Of a stretch of 64,000 bases of DNA, positions 15,236 to 31,499 are shown piece after piece. The notes beneath the pieces were generated by a model, which ran no database searches, was not told the DNA's origin, and saw only the letters and a program-made list of their open reading frames with translations. The number at the start of each line of letters is the position of its first letter. Position 1 is the first letter of the stretch. The translations under genes were made by a program, and so were the position numbers. The DNA is from the human T2T-CHM13v2.0 reference genome, Homo sapiens, in the NCBI RefSeq assembly GCF_009914755.1, contig NC_060925.1; one strand, written 5' to 3'.

Positions 15236-15489
15236 TTTTCTTTTGAGACGGAGTATCGCTCTGTCACCCAGGCTGGAGTGCAGTGGTGAGATCAGGGCTC
15301 ACTGCAACCTCCGCCTCCCGGGTTCAAGCAATTCTCCCTGCCTCAGCCTCTCAAGTAGCTGGGATTACAGGTGCCAGCCATCACACCCGGCTAATTTTTG
15401 TATTTTTAGTAGAGATGGGGTTTCGCCATGTTGGCCCGGCTGGTCTTGAACTCCTGACCTCAGGTAGTCTGCCCGCCTCAACCTCCCAA
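15236..15489 (-). mobile_element. Alu (AluS-like, 5' end missing)
   Basis: Reverse Alu within A-rich degenerate L1-like sequence. Confidence 0.9.
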
Positions 15490-15999
15490 CCTGAGCACGT
15501 TTTTAAATTGAAAGAAGAAAAGAATCCTTCAGGTACTCAGGTTGAAAAGTTAATAATAAGCTATTTACAAAGGAGAAGAAAGTAATCTAATCTCTGATTT
15601 CTCTGCAATGCTAACTGCCAGAAAACAATGGAGCCAAATCTACAAATTTTTGATGGAAAACGATTGTGAATCTCAATTTTCTATCTAACCACGTTGTCAC
15701 TGATTAATGAAGGCAACAGAAAGACATGCTCAGATAGGCAAGGACTCAGAAAATAGATTGGTCTATGGTCTCTTCTCGAAAACATTATTTGAAGACATAC
15801 AATAACCAACTGATAAAAGAATCAAAATCAACAACACACACACAGGTGCACACACAACATACACCTTCATGCAGAAGAGCAGGAATTCCTTCAGTTTGGA
15901 ACCATGTTCTGGAATTCAGTAGACTGTGATATCTGGGATATTGTATACTCAGAGACTAAGCTTACCCCTTGTGAGAAACATTGTTGCTTGCTAACATGT

Positions 16000-16517
16000 T
16001 TCCCTCCTTCCTCCTTTCCACCACAACCCCAACTTTGTTCATCTCCATCGCCTTACATAACCATGGGCATCAAAGGAAGGTAGCCTCATACCCAGACACC
16101 AAGTGGACTGTGACCGGTCTACCTCCCGGTCTGTGATTGGTTTAGGTATGCACATGTGACATAACCCCAGCCAATAAGACATGAGGAAAGCCTGTAGGGG
16201 AGACTTGGGGGAAAATTTTTCTCACTCTTAACTAGAGACACCTAGCAGGAGACAGGCTCATCTTCTCTTGCACTGCCATGTCCAGGAACTGCTGCAATCA
16301 TCTCACAGCCATGAAGGGAGCTGGCTTGAGGACCCCCCCAATATATCTAGGATGGCAAAGCCAGAAGATGAAAAGAACCTGGGTCATTGCTGAAATTGTT
16401 GATTAGCTAAATTAACCAAACCTGGATCTGCAGTGTGACACTAGATGTATTTATTATTTAATACAAATGAGTCCAAATTTTCTGTCATTTACAGCCAAAA
16501 GCATCCTAAGTGACACA
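16000..16517 (+). mobile_element. Old MaLR LTR (MLT1-like)
   Basis: gattggtttaggtatgcacatgtgac... ending ttttctgtcatttacagccaaaagcatcctaagtgacaca. Confidence 0.6.
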
Positions 16518-18558
16518 GTGCTGCAGTGTTAACTTAGCTATTCCTCCACTCGCTAGAGTCTAAGCAGTAGAGTCTACTGTTTCCACCTCTCTTTCAGTGC
16601 CAAGAAACATTTCTTGAGCCATATCCTTTAACCCACAGTTCATATGGAATCTCTTGCCTGATTTGATGGTCACTTATAACAATAACTGGTGCTGTTCTTG
16701 TCCAGATTTTTCTAACAATGGCTAAGCTTATTACATAGTGAAGATCCTGTGCCAAGAAAATTACTGAACAACTGTTCTTTTCTCTCCCTCTCCACAAAAG
16801 GAGTATTGCGTAGAATAACATAAATGAACTTTTTCATTGCTAAAGAACTTGAGAAATGGCTTTTGTGCATCTTTAAGTCTCATGTTAAATGACCTAACTC
16901 ACTGAAATTTTTTTTAATGATGAAAGATAATAAATCACTTAGGGACTGACAATACATATCATTAAGTGCCTCTTCCTAAATTATTTGACCTATGAATATA
17001 AATGGCACTTAAAAATCAGCATATATTATCTCAACTATGTAAACGCATAGGAAAAAAACTAAAAAAAAAATTCACTAAATTGTTTCTGGTGATTTTGCAC
17101 GTTGGGGCATGGTGATTATTATTTTCTTCTTTAAACTTACAAACACTGTATTCACTTTTGTCTGTCTTTTCTTTGTTTTATGAGTGCATGACCTTCCTTG
17201 ACCCAGGAAGTACATGGCACCACCTCATTTTCCTAAAAGAGCAAAGTGGACCATTCCCCCTCCTCTCAGCTCTTCAGGGCAAGTATATTTTCTTTCCCAA
17301 TTCAGATTTCCCTGAATTAGATTTACAACTTCTATTTCTAGCAAGATCTCCCACGCCAAGGCTGCAGAGTTGGCACCCCTCCCTCTGGCACCCTTGATGC
17401 GTTCACATGATCCAGACTTCTTCTACAGAGACTGTCCTACAATGGGCACCAAGTTCTGCCTATTTCGCCTCTGAGCTAATTCCCTCCAATAACTAGTTTC
17501 TTGATACTCCCCTTTGGAATCATTTTCCTGGCTTCTTTCCTGGATTACTTCTTTCATCCTGCCTAGAAACCCTTTATTCTTTGTGGTCAATTGAAGGGCA
17601 AAGGGGACATCCTCTAAGCCTTTCATCCTTATCCAAATGGGAGATTACCTTGCATTCATAGCATTCAAAATGTAAGACCCCTCAGGCGAGAAGATTGGCC
17701 TAGCACACAGGGCGTGTAGTTCAACTTGACAGTTCAGTGACCATGTGTACTTCTTAGATCAATGTGGTCCCAGGAAACTACCATGGCAAACTGCCTATTA
17801 GTTCTGCCTGTTCACTGTCAAGATCTCTCAGGAAAAGTGCTCTTAACTCTCTCCTGGTACATTTGTACCTGGAGGGCAGATTGAATTGACTTTGATCACT
17901 TGACATTCTGGCTCCTTACAAGTCTCTCTCTCCTTATCCTCCACAAGACACTGATCATCATTTGATTCCAAGATTGGTAGGACCCCTCTACCTGGGCAGA
18001 TCCCAACTGTAACAGATACAAATAATCCTTTGTTTTGAAGATGGCTATTTTGATGTAGAGGAACAGAGGCTTGACTCAAATTAACTAAAGAAAAAGGGAA
18101 TCAATTTTTAAAGATAAACATGAGGCAAAGGGGGATCAGAAATGGCATAAGAATTCAAGGACAGGTACCATAGTATGGCTGGGCACCAGGGGAAATCTGC
18201 AACTAGCAGAGACCACTCTCTCTAGGCATCTACCTATCTCTGGCAATGACCGCTCCATTCTCCTCCCTAACTGACCAGCTTTCTCTGCTTACCCATTCTT
18301 TCAAATTCCTCTAACTTTGGAATGCCTGTGGCTTGTGAGGGCCACTCAGGCCCCAGCCTAATGGCAACTCTTGATATAGAGATTTGGCTTTTGCCTTCAG
18401 TGTTCATTGGTCTAGTTTTAGAAAAGCTGCAATTTAAAAATAAATGTTTCAATTATAGAATTTAACACACAACACATACACACTACAGTAGAATACTAAA
18501 GCCCCACATACCCATCACCCAACTTCCAATTACTAATACTTTTCTTCTAAACTTCTGT

Positions 18559-19476
18559 CAAACTATGCATCTGACAAAGGTCTAATATCCAGCATCTATA
18601 AAAAGCCTGTGCAAATTTACAAGAAAAAAAAAACACTAAAAAGTTGGCAAAGGACATGAACAGAAGAAGACATACATAAGGCCAAAAAGCATATGAAGAA
18701 AAGCTCAATATCACTGACCATTAGAGAAATGCAAATCAAAACCGCAATGAGATACCATCTCACACCAATCAGAATGGCTATTAGTAAAAAGTCAAAAAAT
18801 AACAGATGCTGGCAAGGTTGTGGAGAAAAGGGAAGACTTATATACACTGTTAGGCGTGTAAATTAGTCCAACTATTGTGGAAAGCAGTGTGGTATTCCTC
18901 ATACAGCTAAAAACAGAACTGCCATTCAACCCAGCAATCCCATTACTGGATATATACCCAAAGGAATATAAGTCATTCTATCATAAAGACACATGCATGT
19001 GTGCATGTTCGTTGCAGCACTATTCACAATGGCCAAGATGTGGAATCAACCTAAATGCCCACCAATGTGGGCTGGATAAAGAAAATGTGGTATATATACA
19101 TCATGGAATATCATGCAGCCATAAAAAAGAAAAAGATCATATCGTTTGCAGGAACACGGACAGAGCTGGAGGCCATTATCCTTAGCAAACTAATGCAGGA
19201 AAAGAAAACCAAGTACTGTGTGTTTTCACTTATAAGTGGGAGCTAAATGATGAGAACACATGGACAACTCGAACAACACACACTGGGGCCTACCTAAGAA
19301 TGAAGGGTGGGAGGAGGGAGAGGAGCAGGAAAAAATAACTATTGAGTACTAGGTTTAGTACCTGGGTGACTAAATAATCTGTGCAACAAACAAATGCCCA
19401 TGACACAAGTTTACCCATATAACAAACCTGCACATGTACCCCTGAATCTAAAATAAAAGGTTTTTTTAAATAAAAA
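18559..19476 (+). mobile_element. 5'-truncated L1 (older L1PA/L1PB 3' end)
   Basis: ORF2 C-terminal peptides (ELPFNPAIPLLDIYPKEYKS; WIKKMWYIY) and 3'UTR; TSD taaacttctgt at 18548-18558 and 19477-19487. Confidence 0.92.
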
Positions 19477-19867
19477 TAAACTTCTGTTTACCTCTCTCTT
19501 TTTTTTTTTTTATTTTAAAGCAAATCCCAGAAATCGTTTCATTTCACTTGTAAATACTTCTATTCAATTTCCGTATTTAAAGTCATTAGACCCTTTCAAT
19601 CAGAAAGGAATCTGATTAGCCTGCCTCACCATTGTAAGCCCAGGCATACAAATGATCACTGGGCAGTCCATGGACTGGATGTCTTTGGATCAGGTGATCA
19701 ACCCAGTTCAATCAAGAGTGGCTAGGCGGAACTGTGTTCATTATCACCAAATAACTGTGATGACACTGCTTCTCCACAAAGCCAACAGTTTTCAGTATAA
19801 GGAGGAATAGGCCTGGTACACACTGCACAACCTTGTTAAATCATCCCCAGATCACTGAGTTATCCAC

Positions 19868-20045
19868 CAGGGCTGGGGCTAAGGTGAGGCAAAGGGGGGA
19901 CTTGCTTCAGGCACAAAATTTAGGGGGAGCCAAAACGTTCAGTAATCAAGATAAATAACATTTTAATGCAATCCTTTAATGAATCAAAATTACTTTTAGA
20001 AAATCCACAGTGAAGAAAATATCAAAATGTTAAATAAGGACAGAA
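19868..20045 (+). mobile_element. hAT-type DNA transposon fragment (MER53-like)
   Basis: cagggctggggctaaggtgaggcaa...caaaatttaggggg...cagtaatcaagataaata; family assigned from memory. Confidence 0.45.
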
Positions 20046-21784
20046 GTTGTCTACAAAAGTAATAAACTTGCTGCAGTGAATGACTGTCTTGTGTATTCAG
20101 GTACTTTACATACGTTAGAGCATTAACTCCTCATAACCCCATAAGAAAGGTTATGATTAGCTAGTCTTAGGAAAATTCTTGACATAAAATTGCATTTCAA
20201 TCTATTCTTGGATAAAAAAGCATTTATTGGTGAAGTTAAATGTAAGGTATCAGAAACTCCATAGAGACTCCTACAAAAAAGTAACCATATTCTCCTTTTT
20301 TAAAACATCTTTTTCTCTTTTCCCAGTATGCCCAGTTCAACCATCTAACTTGCTTAGAAAAACAAGACTTTTCCAAGAGAAACAACATTTAAATCAAATA
20401 AAATCCTTACAACAACAGTGTTTTTAAACGTGATTGTTTCAAGATTCTGATATGCCCGACAGGCTGAGTTTTGAAACTTCGAGTTGGGACGCTTTATCAC
20501 TCAGGGGACCGCTTCTTCAGGGGAATTTTATAGCTGCACTTTGAAAGTTGCAGGGAGAGGGTTTTTTGCCTTTGAGCTGTGATATCTCTTCAACAAAAAG
20601 GGGGTTTTCATTATTATTATTTACAGTGAAACCTAGTGACAGGCAGCTACTATTAATCATTCACTTATTCACCATTGGGGGTCCTCATGGTTTACAGCAC
20701 TATGCTTGGGACACAACTACAAAATAAGATAACCAAAGTCCCTGCTTTCGTGGGACTCACATTTGGTTTTGTATTGTTTTGTTTTGTTTTTTACTTTTTT
20801 TTCCCTTAAACTCAGTGGGAAGAATGACCTTTGATTTTTAGTATTATGATAGGGCTTAGCATGGCATGTTGCATTTAGGACCTAATTTTCTTATATTAAA
20901 AAAATGTTAATTTGTGCAATTATAAGAAAAATGGGAAATACATTCAACTTCAACTAAAGTCTGAACGCACTAGAATATCCCCAAGTCAGTAACAATCCTT
21001 AGACCTATGTTACCATTCTCCTAAACATTCTAGCCCATTAATGGCTTATTAATCCCCTAGCTAAACATTTAATAACTAACAAATTTGCTTGTGCCACATG
21101 GTTTGTGTGAATTTAAAAATCCTATGATTTTTCCCTTTCTTCTAAACTGCTTTTCCGAAAACCATTCAAGAAACCAATAAGGAGTTAGGTGAACTCTGCC
21201 CTTTATGATCTTATCATAGAAATGAATAAGGGTGGCTAATTTAATGACAACTTTAACCTCCTTTTCAAATTATTTCTGCCCATAAAAATGTTTTTATATG
21301 GTACCAGATAACTCCCAGCTGCTCTATGTGCTGAGACATGCCTTTTCTGGTAATACCATAGGACTCCAATGGTACAATCACAATACACAGAGATACTCTC
21401 CCTGACTTTCCAGATCTTCGACAGTTCTTAGGAGCTGGGCCTAGCACTGCTGGAACTACCTTTCATTAAAATACTACTGGTTCTATAGTTTATATTACTC
21501 CCTTTAAAATCTTACTAATTTCCAGACACTTGTTTTCCTGAATAAAAATGTCTCAAGGCTCCATAGTCACATACTACCTTTGCATTAAAATGCAATTGCA
21601 GCTAAAATCAGGAATGAAAGCAGGACATCACTACTGATCTTAGAAAAACAAAAGGGATTATAATGTAATATTATAAACAACTGTATATCAACAAAATAGA
21701 CAACTTAGATGAAATGGACAAATTTCCAGAAAGACACATACTACAGAAACGGACTCAGGAAGAAGTAGAAAACCTGAATAGGCC

Positions 21785-22248
21785 TGTCAGGCCTCTGAGC
21801 CCAAGCTAAGCCATCATATCCCCTGTGACCTGCACGTATATATCCAGATGGCCTGAAGCAACTGAAGATCCACAGAAGAAGTGAAAATAGCCTTAACCGA
21901 TGACATTCCACCATTGTGATTTGTTTCTGCCCCACCCTAACTGATCAATATACTTTGCAATCTCCCCTGTCCTTAAGAAGGTTCTTTGTAATCTCCCCCA
22001 CGCTTAAGAAGGTTCTTTGGAATTCTCCTCACCCTTGAGAATGTACTTTGTGAGATCCACCCCCTGCCCCCAAAACATTGCTCCTAACTCCACCGCCTAT
22101 CCCAAAACCTGTAAGAACTGATGATAATCCCACCACCCTTTGCTGACTCTCTTTTCGGACTCAGCCTGCCTGCACCCAGGTGAAATAAACAGCCATGTTG
22201 CTCACACAAAGCCTGTTTGGGGGTCTCTTCACAGGAACACGTAAGACA
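21785..22248 (+). mobile_element. Solo HERV-H LTR (LTR7 family, LTR7B-like)
   Basis: Starts tgtcaggcctctgagcccaagctaagcc and ends ...gaca; AATAAA present; internal ~32-bp repeats; 5-bp TSD aggcc/agacc. Confidence 0.93.
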
Positions 22249-22319
22249 AGACCGATAACAAGTAAAGAGACTAAATTCGTAATTTTAAAACTTCTCCTAA
22301 AAAAATGTCCAGGTTGTCA

Positions 22320-22618
22320 GGCTGGGCGCCGTGGCTCACGCCTGTAATCCCAGCAGTTTGGGAGGCCGAGGCGGGCAGATCACAAGGTCAGGAGATCGAG
22401 ACCATCCTGGCTAACACGGTGAAACCCCGTCTCTACTAAAAATACAAAAAATTAGCCGGACGAGGTGGCGGGTGCCTGTATTCTCAGCTACTCGGGAGGC
22501 TGAGGCAGGAGAATGGCGTGAACCCAGGAGGCGGAGCTTGCAGTGAACCGAGATCGCACCACCGCGCTCCAGCCTGGGCAACAGAGCCAGACTCCGTCTC
22601 AAAAAAGAAAAAAAAAAG
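22320..22618 (+). mobile_element. AluY-like
   Basis: gagatcgagaccatcctggctaacacggtg and gaatggcgtgaaccc diagnostics. Confidence 0.93.
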
Positions 22619-22720
22619 GTTCCAGGTCCTGATGCCTTTAAACTGATGAATTCTACCAACCATTTAAAGAATAATTAAAACCAATCTTTCACAAACTTTT
22701 TTAGAAAATAGGAGAGAAGC

Positions 22721-23079
<359 letters not shown>

Positions 23080-23312
23080 TTACCCTGATACCACACCAAA
23101 CAAAGACATCACGAGAAAACTACAGACCAATATCTCTTATGAATATAGACACAAAAATCCTCAGTAAAATACTAACAAATCAAATCCAGCAATTTGTAAA
23201 GAAGATTATATACCATGACCAAGTGGGATTTATCCTAGAAATGCAAGGTTGGTCTAACATCAGAGAATCAATTTATGTAAGATACCATATCAACAAAATA
23301 AAAACAAAAATT

Positions 23313-23445
23313 AGTCCTGGTGTGGTGGTTCATGCCTGTAATCTCAGCACTTTGGGAGGCCAAGACAGGAGGATTGCATGAGCCCAGAAGGTAGAGGCTG
23401 CAGTGAGTTATGATACCCCATCTCTAAAACAACAACCAAAAAAAA
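23313..23445 (+). mobile_element. Alu fragment (recombined monomer-like)
   Basis: cctgtaatctcagcactttgggaggccaag...gaggctgcagtgag. Confidence 0.7.
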
Positions 23446-24552
23446 AATTTAAAACTAATTAGATGATCATCCCAACAGATGCAGAAAAAGCGTTTGACAA
23501 GATCCAACACCCATTCATGATAAAAATATTTAACAGTTTGGGAATAGAAGGTAACTTCCTCAACCTGCTAAAGACTATCCACAAAAGACTGACAGCTAAC
23601 ATCATACTTTGAATAAAAGACTGACTGTTTTCCTCTAAAGATTAGGAAACAAACAAAGATATCTGCTCTTGCCACTTTTATTGAATATTGTACTAGAAGT
23701 TCTAGTCAGTGCAGTAAGGCAAGAAAAGGGTATAAAAGGCATCCCAGTTGGAAAAGAAGAAGTAAAACTCACTATTTCAGCAAGGCTGTAAAATATAAGA
23801 TCAATATACAGATATCAGTTGTATTTCTATATACTATACATTAATAACCTAAAAAAGAAATGAAAAAAGCAATTTTATTTACAATAGCATCAAAAAGAAC
23901 AAAATACTTAGGAATAAATTTAATAAAATAAGTGTAAGATATATACATTGAAAACAAAACATCACTGAAAGAAATTAAATACTTAAATAAATGAAAGGCA
24001 TTTCATGTTCAAGGATTGGCAGGCTTAATGTTATTAAAATGACAATACTCCTTAAATTGATCTATAGATTCAGCACAGTCCCTATTAAAATCCTAGCTGT
24101 CTTTTTTTCAGAAATTAGTAAGTTGGCCCTAAAATTTACACAGAGACAAGGGACCCAGAATAGCTAAAAAAAAAAAAAAATCTTGAAAAAAGAAGAACAA
24201 GGTTGAAGGACTCATATTTTCTGATTTCAAAGTACTTCAAAACTACAGCAATCAAGACAGCATTTTACTGGGGCATAAAGATAGATATATAGATTAATGG
24301 AATAGAATTGAGAGTAGAGAAATAAATCCTTATATTTATGATCGATTGATTTTTGACAAGTGTACCAAGACTTTTTTCTCCAATGGGGAAGAAATAGTCT
24401 TCCACAAATGGTTCTGTGAAAACTGGACATCCACATGCAAAAGAATGAAGGTGAATCTCTTCCTTACACCATACACAAGAATTAGCTCAAAATGGATTAT
24501 AGAACTAAGTGAAAGAGATAAACCTATACAATGTAACACTTAGAATAAAAAG

Positions 24553-24860
24553 GGCCAGGTACAATCCCAGCACTTTGGGAGGCAAGGGCAAGAGGATTGC
24601 TTGAGACCAGAAGTTTGAGACCAGCCTAGGCAACAAAGTGAGACCCTGTTGCTACAAGAAATTGAAAAAAAAAAAAACAAAAAAAAACAGCTAGTCAGGT
24701 ATGGTGGCATGTGCCTATAGTTCCAGCTACTCTGGAGACTGAGGTGGGAGGATAAATTGTTTGAGCCTGGGAGGCTGAGGCTATGGTGAGCCAGGATTGC
24801 CACTACACCCAAGCTTGGGCAACAGAGCAAGACCCTTCTTCAAAAAAGAAAAGAAAAAAA
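24553..24860 (+). mobile_element. Alu (AluJ-like)
   Basis: Dimeric Alu. Confidence 0.88.
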
Positions 24861-26049
24861 ACATAAAAATAAATCTTTGTGACCTTAGGTCAAGAGTCTT
24901 CTTAGATTCAACAGCAACAGCACAAGTGAAAAAACTAAGATAAATTTGACACCATTAAAATTAAAACTTTCTTCCCACTGATACTATCAAAAAAGTAGAA
25001 AAACAAGCCATCAAATAGGAGCATATATTTGCAAAATATATGTATGATAAGGAACTCTAGAATATATGAAGAACTCTTACAATTCAATAACAATTATAAA
25101 ACAGGGTAAAAGTTCAGAATATTTTCTCCAAAGATATATAAACAACCAATTAGCATATGAAAAGATGTTTCATATCATTAGTTATTAGGTAAATGTAAAT
25201 AAAAACCACAATGAGATATTACTTTACACCCACTAAGATGGCTAAAATTTTTTTTTAAAGGTAATAACAAGTGTTGCTGAGAACACAGACAAATTGGAGC
25301 TCTTATACACTGCTGGTGGAAGTGTAAACTGGTATAGCTAATTTGAAAAACAATCTAGAAGTTCCTCATGAAGGCCAAATATAGAATTACCATGTGACCC
25401 AGCAATTTCAGTTCTAGGTATGGACCCAAAAGAAGTGAAAACATACATCCACACAAAAACTTGTACATGAATGCTCATAAAAGCATTATTAATAATAGGC
25501 AAAAACAAATGTCTATAAACTGATGAATAAATAAAATGTCTTGTAGCCACACAGTGGAATATTATACAGCCATGAAAAGAAATGAAGTTTTAATACATAC
25601 TACAGCATGAATGAAACTTGAACATTATGCTAAGTGAAAGAAGGAAGTCACAAAAGACACACATTGTATGATTCTGTTTCTATGAAATGTCTAGAATAGA
25701 CAAATCTATAGAGACAAAAAGTAAGTTTAGTGGTTGCCTAGGGCTGGGGGGATTGGGGAGAAGAAGGGGAGCAACTGCTGATGGGAACAGGGTTTCCCTG
25801 TTTTAAAATTAGATTGCGGTGACAGTTACACAACTGTGAATATACTAAAAACCATTGAATTGTATGGGTAAATTGTATAGTATGCAAATTATATCTCAAT
25901 AAAACTGTTAAAAATGCAATTGCAGGGATTCGTGTTGGATACAAAATTAATTAAAATAATATGTTAATTTTTAACCTCCTGAATCTTAGTTTATTAAACT
26001 GTAAAATTCAGATAATGCCTTCAAAAGTTTTTATGAAGAAATTATTGAT

Positions 26050-26900
26050 TCCTTCATTCATTTATTCAACAAAAATATTTGTTGAGTGCACCCTAGGTGC
26101 AAGTACTATTCTAGGTGTAGGGGATAGAGCAAAGAACATAACCTAGCCCTTGTAATGCTAACGTTCCAGTAAGAGGAGACAATCAAATGACGCATGTGTT
26201 AGGTGAGAATTTGTGTTGCAGAAAAAGTATATACACAAATATATGTAAATTTCATATATATATATGAGGAATGGGAAGAAGGTGAATAGGGTGATGGATG
26301 GAATGTTTCATTTTAAGTTGATCAGGAAAGGCTTCACTGAGAAGGTGACATTTTAGGGAAGTCCTGAGGGAGCAAGTCCTGTGGTTAATCTGGGGGTGAA
26401 GCACTCCTGGTAGAAAAAGGCCTTGAGGCAGCAGTCTGCCTCTGGGTGTTCTAGAAGCAGTAAGAAAGCCAGCTCAGCGACAGCTGAGTGACAGAGAGGG
26501 GAGAGAAAAGATGATGGGGTGTAAGGTGTGTTGGGTGAGGGTCGGGGGAGGTACAAAGGAAGACTGGACCAGATCACGTAGAGCCTTACTATAGATTGTT
26601 GTAAGAAATCTGGCTTTTTTCTCTGAGCCAGAAGAGCCATCAAAGGATTTTGACCAGATTATCACACTGATCTGATTTACATGTAAATACCTATGGCTGC
26701 TCTGTTGAAAATAGACCGCAGGGCTGCAGCATCAGGAAGACCAATGGAAGACTGCCTCAGTGGGACAGGAAGGTGGCTTAGGGTGCTAGTGGAGGAGGTG
26801 ATTAGGAAGGATTAGCATCTGTATATATTTTGAATGAGGAACCAACAGGATTTATGGACAGATCAATTGGGAAGTGTGGGAGAGAGACTTAAATGAAAGA
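26050..26900 (-). mobile_element. L2
   Basis: ttcattcatttattcaacaaaaatatttgttgagtg... (reverse L2 3' end); aggcttcactgagaaggtgacattt. Confidence 0.75.
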
Positions 26901-26921
26901 GAAATAAAGATGAGTTAATAG

Positions 26922-27215
<294 letters not shown>

Positions 27216-27995
27216 AAATGAGTTAATAGATGTTAAATGCCTAAGCATTGGTAAACAGAAACCATTGACTACTTTTCAGCTGTTATTATTATTATTACTA
27301 ATTCCTGTTTTGAGAGGTAATGTATAGAACCTATAAGTAGTACTTAACATAAGCTATTCTTATTAAATCCCAGAGAGAAGCCTTAACAGGAGTTTGTGTC
27401 CTCTCTGCAAGGCTGGGTGATGGGCAGCTGAAAAAGCGTCGAGGCTCAAGATGAATGAAATAAGAACTTCAAGTTCAGTCCTTAAATCCTATTTGAACCT
27501 GAGGTCCTTGCTAAGGCTGTTGGGTAAGATCGCTAAGTGCCCATACTCCCACCTCTCTCTCCCTGTACTCAGAACCTTCATTGCCTTCTTTTGAGCATTG
27601 TAGAGAATGTTTTCTCTTAGTTACCATCTTCAGTATTGTTTTTTCAACAATATTAGTGTGTTTTTACTAAAAAGGCATGCATATTCAATTCAGAGAATTT
27701 ATAAAACATTGAGAAAAAAGTAAAACTATTCAGAAATAATATCACTCTAATATTTTTCTCAGATGGATACTTTTTAAATTAAAAATGGGATTATACTACA
27801 CATACTGTTTTGAAGCCCTCTTTATTCATTTAACAATACATTGTTTCTTAACAATAAATACTGTTCTATAACATCATTTTCAATGGTACATAATGGAGAA
27901 CCGAATTATGTATTCCCTATTGTTCAATGCTTAGGCTATTTATAACTTTTTGGCATTAGAAGCAGTCCTATCAATGAGTGTCATTACCTATATAT

Positions 27996-28748
<753 letters not shown>

Positions 28749-28827
28749 ATATCTTTGCAGCATTCTGATTGATTTCCCAGGAGAGATCTAGAAGTGGAGC
28801 TGCTGAGTCCAAGAGCATTCATAATGC

Positions 28828-29067
<240 letters not shown>

Positions 29068-30871
29068 TGACTGAAGACTCCTTAGATTCCCTAGGCTTCC
29101 TCCCAGAGGAACGTGGTAGGACAGAATTTTAAACTACGAAGAACTTCAAGTTCAGTCCTTACATCCTATTTGAATGTGAAATAACTTCACCTCTCTGTTT
29201 TTCAATGCCTTCATTTGTCAAATGAAGCTACAGTACTTTCCTCAATGCAATGAAAAAGCCCCTTGAAAAGATTATGAATTCCCAAAGCACATATTACTTA
29301 TATCAAAGAATCTTTAAAGACCAGGCCCTGTCCTTAAAATCATCCTTTATCCTAGAGAAGAGGGAATGGACCTCCTTTGTCTTCCAAGCCATCTTTTCCT
29401 GTTATATTGTAAGTCACATCTGGAAACTTACTGAATTGAGATCTGGGAACAAGAAACCAAGAACTCAATAACTGATTGTCAGAAACAGCAACCTGTACTT
29501 GCTGCCTAGAGCAAGTGGGCATTCCAGCAGGAAGGCCATAGGATGCAGCAGAGGTGGCTTCCTTCTCAGCAGGAAGAACTTGGCCTAGTATTGAATGATG
29601 GACGGGTTGAACTTTGAGATGGTGGCTGGGTTGAGCCTGCGGACCCAGGGAGGATACGCCCTCCTCTCACCCCAGGTAGGGGAAGTTGGTATTGGGGCTG
29701 CCTCCCAAAGGGGTACTAGGAGAGAGGACTGGTTGCAATAAAGGAGGAAAGCATGAGTTTTGGTGGTGTCAGTAACTGTGGAAAAGCCCCTTCCACAGAT
29801 CTCACTTCCCAGCCACCTGTGGGCCTTAGGCCTGAGTGAGTATCCCACCCCACCTTTCTGCTCCTCACTGTTGGAGCAGTCCCAGCAGAGAAAGCCAAAT
29901 TTCCTCATTATGGTTCTTTCCCTTGTCCAGGTTATAAGACCTTTGAGGTCTCACTGAATAGCAGCACCTTCCCAATACACAGAGAATCACCCTAGGGCTT
30001 CTAGGCCACAAACTTCACAAACCCCTGAACAGATTATCCAAGGCAATGGGAAGAAGACTCCCCAATCAACATCAGAACCCTCCAGGAAACTTCAGTGCTC
30101 TTAGTAGATAAATTTGGATTCCTCTGGAAAGCCTCCAAGCTCCCCCAAGGTAAATGGCTCTCCCAGCACCCCAAAGGAACCCACAGTTTCATCTTTCATA
30201 TGGAGGCCAGAGAGGCATCCACTGCATGAAGTCACCTCACCCAAGGGGCGTGGCAAGGTGGCTTTTCTGATTGCAGAGCCTCCATCCTTCCCTGAAAAGT
30301 GCCCACTGTCGTCCCTCACATGTTCTCACATGGACCACGTTCTGGATGGCGTTCCTCAAAGCACAGCCAGTGGCCCTGCATGGGACTGAAGCCCCATGGA
30401 AACCACAGAAACTGCAGAGATCCCAGGAGCCACAGCCACATGTGTCATCATGATCTCAGAGGTTCACCCCTCAGACAGGCTGACTGGATGTCATAAAAAT
30501 TAATTAAATAACTTAAATTGACTGTTGAGGTGTTTGCCCAGAGCAGGCACTGACATCCCTCAGGCTTCTCAGGGCAGCAGAGCTCATTTGAGTCATTCTG
30601 CAATGGGTCCCAGTGGAAATCAGTGGAAACAGGGAGGCGCAGGTCTGGCTGCCCTCCCGGGCTGAGTCAGAGCAGGCCTCGCACTAGGAGGCAGGGCTGT
30701 GCCCCCAGACCCTGGATGCCCTTTACCCCCCAATCAAGGGCTTTCTCCCTTCAGGATCTCACCCTCCTGCAGAAAAGGTCAGAGTGAAGCTTGCAGGAGT
30801 TCGCAAATGTTAATCCCCACCACCACCATCTCCACTTCTGAGCAGATGTCCTTTTCTTCCTTCTTTCCCCC

Positions 30872-31034
30872 CCTTTTTTTTTCTAAATAGAGATGGGGTC
30901 TTGTTCTGTTGCCCAGGCTGGAGTACAGTGGTGTGATCATAGCTGACTGCAGCCTTGAACTCCTGGCCTCAAGGGATCCTCCCATCTCAGCTTCCTGAGT
31001 AGCTAAGACTATAGGCATATGCCACCACTCCTGG
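30872..31034 (-). mobile_element. Alu monomer (FRAM-like)
   Basis: Reverse right-arm-like monomer. Confidence 0.8.
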
Positions 31035-31499
31035 TCCCTTCATCCTTTCTTTTCCTTTTCTTTGCTCTTTTCCCACATCCAATTCGGGAAGTGGGAGTTG
31101 GCAATACTCAATTATCCAATAGGCAGATAAACATGCGCTTAAGGTCCAGGAAGGCAGGAATACCCCCAAAATTGTTTGAAAAGTATCTCATATCATATAT
31201 ATCATCACATACACAGACACATGTATTAGAAAAATCATACCTTTGTTTACCTTGTTAACACTTTGTGGCTTAGTGTAGTTTTTCTTTTGAATTACATGAG
31301 GGTCGTGAAAACCAACACCATTATCTTTTCATGTTTTCTGAGCTTACAGCTGCTAAAGTCCTTGGGTAACAGTGGTGAGTTTTGAGAAGTTGTGCTTGGA
31401 GTTAGGGAGGGAGACAAGCTTTCAAATGTAAACCCATGTCTAATACCTACACTAATACTGGAGAATGTTGGTAGATGTGAGTTGTTTCAGCTACTTTGA

